A DNA stretch of 64,000 nucleotides, taken from Oscillospiraceae bacterium (GTDB lineage Bacteria; Bacillota; Clostridia; UMGS1810). Where the stretch lies: positions 2,851-66,850 of the forward strand of contig SVJZ01000006.1 in the NCBI GenBank assembly GCA_015068705.1, written 5' to 3'. The position numbers and the translations under genes are program-made. Under the pieces are notes generated by a model that made no database searches, had not been told where the DNA came from, and worked only from the letters and a program-made list of their open reading frames with translations. Below, one piece after another: positions 57,202 through 64,000 of the stretch (positions are counted from its first letter, which is position 1; each line of letters opens with the position of its first letter).

Positions 57202-58836
57202 ATGAGAAAAAAAGCAAAGCAACTTGTTGCACTGGCGCTGGCAGGCATGATGTTACTGTTGTGCGGCTGCGGCGGTGGCGGTACTACGGTAAGCTCCACC
57301 GAGTATGACTTCGAGGTTACCATGGCACCCGGTTACCCCATCGACAATACCCAGGAAATCGAGTGGTGGGTACCCATCAATGTTGGCGTTACCACCAAAT
57401 ATGGTAACCTGACCGACACACCGTTTGCGGCAATGCTCAAAGAAAACACCGGTGCAAACATCAAATTCATCCATCCGCCTACGGGTCAGGAGGCTTCCCA
57501 GTTTAATATCGTGGTATCCTCGGGTCAACTCCCCGATATCATGAGCTATAGCTGGGGCAATTACGCAAACGGCGGTTCTGCCGGTGCGGTGCGTGACAAC
57601 CTGATTCTTCCCATCAACAAGATTTTGGAAAAGGGTGGAGCACCTGCACTCAAAGCACTGCTTGACAGCAACCCGGTATGGAAAGACAGCGTATATACCG
57701 ACGAAGGTTGGCTCCCCGGTTTCCCGAGTGTTGGTGCATTGAGCCAGGTAGTTTATTCGGGACCCATGATTCGTAAAGACCTTCTGGATAAAGCAGGTCT
57801 TGGCATCCCCGAAACCATCGCAGAAATCGAAACTGCACTGTATGCGTTCAAAGAGCAGGGCATCAAAATCCCGCTCGAGGTTGAGCTTGGCAAACACATG
57901 GTTGCCGGTAACGCAGTGGTAGGCGGTTTCGGTATCGGCGCATCCTACTATGTAGACAACGGCAAAGTAAAATACGGTCCCGCACAGCCGGAATTCAAAG
58001 AGTTCCTCGCTACCATGAACAAGTGGTTCAATGACGGCTTGTACGACAGAGAATTCTCCACCTTGCAAGGTTCGGGTCGTATGACCTCTGAATTGTTGGC
58101 AGGTAATATCGGTCTGGCGTTCGGTGCAAACGGCGGTAACTGGGGTAAATATCTCCCTGCATTGGAAGAAACCCGTCCCGACGTGAAATTTGTTACCATG
58201 CCGTTCCCGACCACCGAGAAGGGCAAAAAACCCGAATTCGGTCACATGGAAAACCGCGCAGGCGGTGCATACACTGCCATCACCACCGGTTGTGACAATA
58301 TCGAACTGGCTGCAAAACTTCTCGACTATGCTTACACCGAAGAAGGTCATTTGGCTACCAACTACGGTAAAAAAGGTCGCGACTGGGAGTATGATGCAGA
58401 TGGTATTGTAAGATTTACCGATGCATTCACCAACCAGAATTCCGAAATGAATGGCGGTCAGTCTGTATCCGACATGATGGGTCAGCACACTGCAAGCGGC
58501 AGCGTAGCATTTGGTCGTGTGCAGGACGAGGGAATCCTGAACGTACTGTTCTCTCGTGAGGACCAGAAGGAAAACGTTCGTATCTGGACTCAGACCAACA
58601 TGGCAGAACACCAGTTCCCGAATGTGCAGTATACCACCGAGGAAGCACAGGAAATCGCTTCTCTCAAAACTGCAATCGAAACCCACATGCATGAGATGAT
58701 GTATAAGTTCATCGCAGGTACCGAGTCCCTGGATAAATGGGATACCTACCTTGCAAACTACGAAACCATCGGTCTTTCCCGTGCATTGGAAATCATGCAG
58801 GCTGCATACGACAGATATGTCGCACGTACGAAATAA
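57202..58836 (+). CDS. lipoprotein, ABC-transporter extracellular solute-binding protein (family 1, large LplA/LipO-like type)
   Basis: Lipobox MMLLLCGCGGGG. 544 aa with typical SBP features (IKFIHPP, PDIMSY, NKWFNDGLYDREF). No permease or ATPase genes are adjacent. Confidence 0.85.
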   Translation: MRKKAKQLVALALAGMMLLLCGCGGGGTTVSSTEYDFEVTMAPGYPIDNTQEIEWWVPINVGVTTKYGNLTDTPFAAMLKENTGANIKFIHPPTGQEASQFNIVVSSGQLPDIMSYSWGNYANGGSAGAVRDNLILPINKILEKGGAPALKALLDSNPVWKDSVYTDEGWLPGFPSVGALSQVVYSGPMIRKDLLDKAGLGIPETIAEIETALYAFKEQGIKIPLEVELGKHMVAGNAVVGGFGIGASYYVDNGKVKYGPAQPEFKEFLATMNKWFNDGLYDREFSTLQGSGRMTSELLAGNIGLAFGANGGNWGKYLPALEETRPDVKFVTMPFPTTEKGKKPEFGHMENRAGGAYTAITTGCDNIELAAKLLDYAYTEEGHLATNYGKKGRDWEYDADGIVRFTDAFTNQNSEMNGGQSVSDMMGQHTASGSVAFGRVQDEGILNVLFSREDQKENVRIWTQTNMAEHQFPNVQYTTEEAQEIASLKTAIETHMHEMMYKFIAGTESLDKWDTYLANYETIGLSRALEIMQAAYDRYVARTK

Positions 58837-58855
58837 TGTCAGCTATTTGACTTGT

Positions 58856-58937
58856 GGGGAATGCCCAATGTGGCTTGCCGCAGGAACTCCCCAAGGAGTA
58901 ACAGGGCATTCTCCATGGAATTTCGCCGATGGGCGAA
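58856..58937 (+). other. structured intercistronic RNA element (long-range 11-bp stem plus a second hairpin)
   Basis: GGGGAATGCCC (58856-58866) pairs with GGGCATTCTCC (58904-58914), including one G-U pair. An alternative pairing is TGGGGA with TCCCCA (58888-58893). A second hairpin is TTCGCC-GATG-GGCGAA (58922-58937). No U-tract. Confidence 0.45.
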
Positions 58938-58994
58938 CTCTTGCAACATAGTAGTTTCAAAAAATCACTTTAATCCGAAAGGAAGGATTTTGTA

Positions 58995-61900
58995 ATGAAA
59001 CGTTTGATTAGTTTGTTGGTAACACTCGCTATGCTCGCCGGTATGTGCGTAAGCGTTGGCGCGGCATTACCTGCGACAACCGAGTATGCGCCTGTTGAAT
59101 CTCCCGGTGCAGAACTAAAAACTCCGTTTTCACATTATGTGGCAAATGCATATGAAAACGAATTTGTACCCGGAAAAGGTCTTGCCGGCAAGGAACAGGA
59201 TTTGGTCTACAAGATTACCACCACCAAGGGTCGCTCGGATGCGCAACTGAGATTAACAGATGCTGCTCTGGCTGCACATACCACCTACGAGGATGGCGAA
59301 AAGGTGCACATGACCACCGAGATCATGATTCCGTCCGGAACAGAGTTTTACTACCTCTCAAGCCCCGCTATAAACGTAGAGGTTTTGACTGGCGAAAAGG
59401 GCGGAGAGTTGACGGCAAACGGTATTGGTGTAAAGAACAAGGGCGCAAAATCACGTACGACTGCCTCCAATCTGATTTCAGGTCACCAAAAACAGTTGGT
59501 CGTATTTAACACTACAAACAAGCACTTTGAATTGTTTGGCAGAGGTGTTTATACCGATACATCTTGGGAATATGACCAGTGGTATCGCTTTGATATCGTA
59601 CTCACCATGGGCAGCAATCCGCGTGCATCCATTTATGTGGATGGAGAGCCGATGAGAATTAACGTAGATTACGGCAATGGTGTAGGATACCATCACAATG
59701 ATTCGGATGCAACCTTCGATGGAAGCAGAACCACCTCGGAGGATGTAAAGATTGGTTACTATGACTCTTCTTGGAATTATTTTGACACCGGTATTTGGGG
59801 TGTAAAAGGCTTTTGTCCGGTAGTTACTGTTATGGGTCCCACGCAGGGAGCAGAGGATTTCAACACAATATATGCAGACAATGTAAGCTACAAGGTACTT
59901 GCAAAGGGTGTTGAGGCAAATATCCCCGAGGCACTCGGTATTGCCGGTTATGCAGACGGCGCAACGGTTGATCCGTCTCTCCTCAATGAGGTTACTGTAA
60001 ATCCGCCCTCCTGGTCGGCACACAAGGTTTCCAAGGTTACATTGTCGGTAGACGGCGCAACTGCACAGGAGGATACCGAGGCGCCGTATACTTTTGATTT
60101 GTCCAATCTTGAACGTGGTGTGCGTCATATCACGTTGACAGCATATGATTCTCAAGATTTGATAATCAAACAGAGAGTGCAGACCATGGTGGTTGCAGGT
60201 AACGAAAAACGCATCTATTTAGATGAAAACTTTAATGAATTTGCAAATACCAACGCACTTCTTTCCGGAAAATTTTACGGCAGATCTACCAGAGTAGAAA
60301 ATCTTGATGGCACTACCAGAAACATTACGTTGGAGTCGGTTACGGATTCTACCGATGTGACGCATGAGAAGGCAGTAAAGATTTTCTCAAATGGCGCAGA
60401 CGTTGACTTCAAATGGGGCGCAAACCCCAATAGTGCCGACTCTGTAGCCGGCTGGCCTTCGATGAAGCAAGGCTCTACAGGTCTTATGAAGGTAGAGTAT
60501 GATGTATATCTGTCGGATATGACAAACGTGAGCAAATTGTATGTTAGCCTCAACAACAATGGAGCTAACTATGTGATTTGGGATGCTGCCACCCAAAAAT
60601 TCACCACCTTCGATCAGGGCGGTTGGGCAGGTATCAACACGTCTGCAAGCTTTGACCCCGTGGTTGGCAAGTGGCACAAATGGCAGTGGGAAATCGATCA
60701 CTTCAAGGGCAAGGCATCCTTGTGGGTAGATGGTCAGCTCGTGTTGGACAGAGGCAATATTCATTCTGCCACAGCAGGACTTGGTGATGGTGTTGGCTTT
60801 ACCTTTAATGTTGCTGAAGGCACCGGTGCCTTCATGGCAGTGGACAATATGAAAGTGTCCAGCGAAACCGCACCCGCTACCATCGAAAAGGTAATGAAGA
60901 GCGTGAATAGCGGTACCCTTTACAGCACCATGGATTGGGCAACCCAGATTTATCCGAACGAAGGCTTTATTGGAAAGAATGGAGATGCTGTGACCTTACC
61001 CGCCGGCGCAACCGCAAGCGGTGTAAAAGGTGCGGTAGTATATGGAGAAGATGGCGAAACACCGCTCAATGCGAATTTTGGAGAGAGTCTGGTGGTAGAA
61101 TTCAGTGACCAGGATACGGTTGGTGCATCTTCCCAGATCATGATTCCCATTGCAATTGGTGTAGGTCAGTATAATGATACCTCTCCGCATTTCACCAATA
61201 CAGTAGTAGAATTTGATATGTATCGTTCCAATACCAATCATGGTGATTTTGCTATGGCTGTTGCAACCAACGTTGCTTTGAAAGTGGCTGCCGGCACATC
61301 TCGTATCAAGGTTAATCCACAGGGCTATTACGATTCGTATACTGATATGGCAGTCGGACAGTGGCAACATCATCGGTTAGAGTTTGATTATAGCGGTTCG
61401 TTTGCAGGTCCTTTGAAATATTATGTGGACGGTAAGCTGGTTTATCACGGATCCAGCGGGTATAACTTCACGCATGAAACAAGTCGCCAGGGTCGGTTGA
61501 GATTTATGTTCAATGGTGCAAAAGATGAAACAACTGGCAAATTTAAACCGTGTAAATTTGCTATTGACAATGTGAAGGTAAATTATACTCCCATCGTACC
61601 CTATATCCATGGTGTTGACTTTGGAACAGGCAATGGTTCGGGCAATCTGGTAAAAGCAGGTACCATGACTCCGGTGGTAAATATTACCGGTCACGGTCTG
61701 AATTTTACTAACCTGGCAACCCTTCTTACCGTAACCGACGAAAAAGGAAATCCGGCAACTATGGGTACTCCGGTAGGAACGTCTAACTATGGACAAATGG
61801 GTGCTACCATTTCCCTCACAGATTTGGTGTTGGAGCCCAACAAAACCTATACCATCAAATTGGCGGCAGGTTTGCCCTACGATGGTGGTCGTGCTATGAA

Positions 61901-62405
61901 AACACATGAACCCATGAGCTACACCTTTAAAACAGTGGCAGAACTGCCCACTGTTACACCGGTACCCGGCGACGGCGTTGCAGGTGATATCACAGTAACG
62001 GGTGTTCGTATGAATTCGTATGGTCCGTATATGATGGGTGACTATATGGTAGAAGCATACGCAGGTGGCGAGATTTCAAACAACAGACGGTTGCGTGCAG
62101 ATGTGTTGGTAAGCAATGCATCGGAAGAGACTCAGACCTTCCGTGCAATCATTGCAACCTATTCGGATGGTAAACTGACTAATGTTTCTCTGGGCGAGCC
62201 CTGCGTGGTAAATCCCTTGGATAAAAACGTTCTCGTTTCCAGTGGTGAGGTTACCGTAATCAGAACAGAGAATGAGGATGAAGAAGCGCTCGACCAATTC
62301 GTTGACGAATTTACCGCAAAAGCATTCCTGGTAAATGACATGGCTACCTTTACTCCCATCTCTTATTCGTACGACATTTTTGGTAATATTGCAAGTGTAG
62401 AGTAA
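58995..62405 (+). CDS. secreted 1136-aa LamG-like / Ig-like repeat protein (paralog of 54684-57173); no recognisable catalytic domain
   Basis: Signal peptide ends in SVGAAL. Three LamG signatures: WYRFDIVLTMGSNPRASIYVDGEP, WHKWQWEIDHFKGKASLWVDGQL, WQHHRLEFDYSGSFAGPLKYYVDGKL. Ig-like module VTLSVDGATAQEDTEAPYTFDL. Big_5-like module ending YTFKT. Confidence 0.8.
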   Translation: MKRLISLLVTLAMLAGMCVSVGAALPATTEYAPVESPGAELKTPFSHYVANAYENEFVPGKGLAGKEQDLVYKITTTKGRSDAQLRLTDAALAAHTTYEDGEKVHMTTEIMIPSGTEFYYLSSPAINVEVLTGEKGGELTANGIGVKNKGAKSRTTASNLISGHQKQLVVFNTTNKHFELFGRGVYTDTSWEYDQWYRFDIVLTMGSNPRASIYVDGEPMRINVDYGNGVGYHHNDSDATFDGSRTTSEDVKIGYYDSSWNYFDTGIWGVKGFCPVVTVMGPTQGAEDFNTIYADNVSYKVLAKGVEANIPEALGIAGYADGATVDPSLLNEVTVNPPSWSAHKVSKVTLSVDGATAQEDTEAPYTFDLSNLERGVRHITLTAYDSQDLIIKQRVQTMVVAGNEKRIYLDENFNEFANTNALLSGKFYGRSTRVENLDGTTRNITLESVTDSTDVTHEKAVKIFSNGADVDFKWGANPNSADSVAGWPSMKQGSTGLMKVEYDVYLSDMTNVSKLYVSLNNNGANYVIWDAATQKFTTFDQGGWAGINTSASFDPVVGKWHKWQWEIDHFKGKASLWVDGQLVLDRGNIHSATAGLGDGVGFTFNVAEGTGAFMAVDNMKVSSETAPATIEKVMKSVNSGTLYSTMDWATQIYPNEGFIGKNGDAVTLPAGATASGVKGAVVYGEDGETPLNANFGESLVVEFSDQDTVGASSQIMIPIAIGVGQYNDTSPHFTNTVVEFDMYRSNTNHGDFAMAVATNVALKVAAGTSRIKVNPQGYYDSYTDMAVGQWQHHRLEFDYSGSFAGPLKYYVDGKLVYHGSSGYNFTHETSRQGRLRFMFNGAKDETTGKFKPCKFAIDNVKVNYTPIVPYIHGVDFGTGNGSGNLVKAGTMTPVVNITGHGLNFTNLATLLTVTDEKGNPATMGTPVGTSNYGQMGATISLTDLVLEPNKTYTIKLAAGLPYDGGRAMKTHEPMSYTFKTVAELPTVTPVPGDGVAGDITVTGVRMNSYGPYMMGDYMVEAYAGGEISNNRRLRADVLVSNASEETQTFRAIIATYSDGKLTNVSLGEPCVVNPLDKNVLVSSGEVTVIRTENEDEEALDQFVDEFTAKAFLVNDMATFTPISYSYDIFGNIASVE

Positions 62406-62420
62406 TTTCATTCCTGTTTG

Positions 62421-62450
62421 TGTATGATGCGCCTTCCGGCGCATCATACA
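62421..62450 (+). terminator. 13-bp perfect hairpin after the 1136-aa gene (terminator or RNA-stability element; no U-tract)
   Basis: TGTATGATGCGCC - TTCC - GGCGCATCATACA. Confidence 0.45.
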
Positions 62451-62489
62451 CAGGCAATATTAAAAATCTATAGAATTCAGGTGACCCGA

Positions 62490-64000
62490 ATGAATTGGAA
62501 AAAAATCAAAAATTTCATAATGCTTGGTTTGTTGTTTGCGTGTGTAATCGTATTGCCCGCATATGCACGGGTTTATCTGGAAGACTTTGAAAAGAGCACC
62601 ATGTTTCGCCCCGGCTATGATTATGTAGGAGGGGGCTATATTAACGGAACCTATCTTTGTCCCCATTCTGCTTCTACCATCCATGTGCAAGATGGTGCGC
62701 TTTACTATGATTTCAGTGCTGAAGAAAAGGATGGAAACTGGAAGAACTCCATTGCTTTTCAAAAGTATATTTCCATCGATCAAAATTCCTATGTGGATTT
62801 TACCTTTACCCGCGATTCGATTGATAACACGGGCGTATATCTGTGTTTGGACAACTGGGACAGCACCGGCGGAGACAGATCTATTACCCCGTTTCATCTA
62901 AAGGGAGATACCATCACACTTGGCTATAGTGATAATGGGGGCGGTGAAACCATTACCTATACCGGATTGACTGGGCATGTAGCAGCGTATGCTGAGAATT
63001 TACCCACTGGTGGATGTCGTGTTACCGTATGGCTCAATGGTGAACAGGTTTATAGCTATGTGAATCCTTATTATACCATCACCGCAAAACAGAATCAGAT
63101 TCAAACACAGTTTGTTGCAATGGCAAAGATGGATGTAGGGGATACACTACCTACAATTACCATTGATAATGTAAAAATCCTGCAGGATGAGGGAATGCCC
63201 ACCGAGGCAGTTTATGCCGGAGACCCCGAACTGCAATTTGACTACGAAAACGGCGGAATGTTTTTCATGAGTGAAAATACATTTCCTTTCCATAGAGTAA
63301 AAAGTGTAAGACAAATCGCAAATTTCAGCCATCAGGTGCAGACTGTTGAAAATGTACTGGCACAGTATGGCGATGCAGATAGATATAAAATACAGAAAGA
63401 AACCCTGCAACCGGGCGAGGTGTTGGTTGCAGAACTACTCGACAATGCCGCAGACCTGGATGGCGTAAAGGATGTAAAATCCTTTGTTTGGGATAAAATG
63501 ACCAATCTGACACCCCTGGTGCAAGGATTTGGCGTGGAAGAATCCATTGCAAAGGCAGACCGTCCCGAGGTGCTGGCACAAAAGCTGATAAGAGTAGGGG
63601 ATACCCACCCCCGTATTCTCACCACCGCAGCAGAGCTTGCCAAGGTAGAGCAATACAAAGAGGATGAAACCTTTGCCGATATGTACACCTCGTTGGTGGA
63701 TTGGAGAAACACCCAGAACAGTGGCTCGTATATGACGGCCGGCATTCCCAACCACGGGAGTGGCACAGGTTCTATCTGCGACATGATTTATGATCGTGCA
63801 ACCGTGTGGGGTTATCTCTATCAGACCACAGGCGACGAGCAATATGCAGCAGACCTCATGCGAGACATGGTGAAGGTTGCAGAATATGATAACTGGTATG
63901 ACGAAGTAAACTATGGCGGAAACGGACGGTTTTTATATACCGCTCACATCGCCGCTGCACTTGCCATTGGTTATGATATGACCTATGACTATTTGAGTAA
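62490..64000 (+). CDS. 5' part of a secreted LamG-like + heparinase II/III-like protein; continues beyond the window (absent from the supplied ORF track)
   Basis: ATG 62490 follows a CAGGTGA SD. I translated 503 codons by hand with no stop up to nt 64000. Signal peptide MNWKKIKNFIMLGLLFACVIVLPAYA. LamG signature CRVTVWLNGEQV. Lyase N-domain motifs GDTHPRILTTAAELAKV and YQTTGDEQYAADLMRDM, parallel to those in the 1455-aa protein. Confidence 0.85.
   Translation, partial: MNWKKIKNFIMLGLLFACVIVLPAYARVYLEDFEKSTMFRPGYDYVGGGYINGTYLCPHSASTIHVQDGALYYDFSAEEKDGNWKNSIAFQKYISIDQNSYVDFTFTRDSIDNTGVYLCLDNWDSTGGDRSITPFHLKGDTITLGYSDNGGGETITYTGLTGHVAAYAENLPTGGCRVTVWLNGEQVYSYVNPYYTITAKQNQIQTQFVAMAKMDVGDTLPTITIDNVKILQDEGMPTEAVYAGDPELQFDYENGGMFFMSENTFPFHRVKSVRQIANFSHQVQTVENVLAQYGDADRYKIQKETLQPGEVLVAELLDNAADLDGVKDVKSFVWDKMTNLTPLVQGFGVEESIAKADRPEVLAQKLIRVGDTHPRILTTAAELAKVEQYKEDETFADMYTSLVDWRNTQNSGSYMTAGIPNHGSGTGSICDMIYDRATVWGYLYQTTGDEQYAADLMRDMVKVAEYDNWYDEVNYGGNGRFLYTAHIAAALAIGYDMTYDYLS

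Noticed and set aside
57253-58692. 479-aa ORF on the minus strand
   Set aside because: It is antisense to the solute-binding lipoprotein gene. It has no recognisable motifs and looks like a shadow frame of a codon-biased gene.
58751-58951. 66-aa ORF spanning the SBP 3' end and the spacer, containing a CGEC motif
   Set aside because: It has no SD, and it starts inside the SBP gene in another frame. The region is better explained by RNA secondary structure. I cannot exclude a micropeptide, but there is no positive evidence for one.
1-64000. Search for CRISPR arrays, transposases, integrases, prophage modules, toxin-antitoxin pairs, known defence systems, and tRNA or rRNA genes
   Set aside because: I saw no repeat-spacer arrays, no DDE/serine/tyrosine recombinase motifs, no small paired ORFs of TA type, and no cloverleaf-like or rRNA-like segments in the intergenic regions. 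Absence is judged by eye only, so tRNAscan-SE, Infernal and DefenseFinder/PADLOC should be run to confirm it.

Overview
This 64-kb window looks like a Firmicutes (Clostridia-type) chromosome. Supporting signs are Shine-Dalgarno-led starts (many TTG/GTG), several SLH surface proteins, an ecfA1-ecfA2-ecfT-truA block, and a large Bacillus-type SRP RNA directly upstream of dnaX. Nearly all genes are on the + strand. There are three blocks. (i) 1-16.1 kb is an accessory carbohydrate block. It holds the 3' end of a giant secreted glycan-active protein, two SLH proteins, a GH36 alpha-galactosidase, an HpcH aldolase, a Gfo/Idh/MocA oxidoreductase and a GH63/MGH1-like hydrolase. These are followed by an island with two PLP aminotransferases, an SDR and two AraC regulators. 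(ii) 16.2-46.9 kb is mostly housekeeping: ABC-F ATPase, MATE pump, prfA, tsaC-ywlE-rimI-tsaD, SRP RNA, dnaX, hom-thrB, aspartate kinase, rlmB, copA, a GDT1-family transporter, an ACT+DUF711 pair, a DnaD/DnaI-like helicase-loader pair, the ECF module, truA and a NodB deacetylase. (iii) 47.1-64 kb is an AraC-headed locus of secreted proteins. It encodes an SLH protein, a 1455-aa LamG + heparinase II/III-like + discoidin protein, two LamG/Ig-repeat giants (829 and 1136 aa), an orphan lipoprotein solute-binding protein, and a second LamG + heparinase-like ORF at 62490. That last ORF runs off the window and is missing from the supplied ORF track. Block (iii) is paralogous to the start of block (i). 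I found no CRISPR array, transposase, integrase, tRNA, rRNA or recognisable defence system. The most novel-looking content is the surface glycan locus and the aminotransferase island. All functional calls rest on motif recognition by eye, not on database searches.
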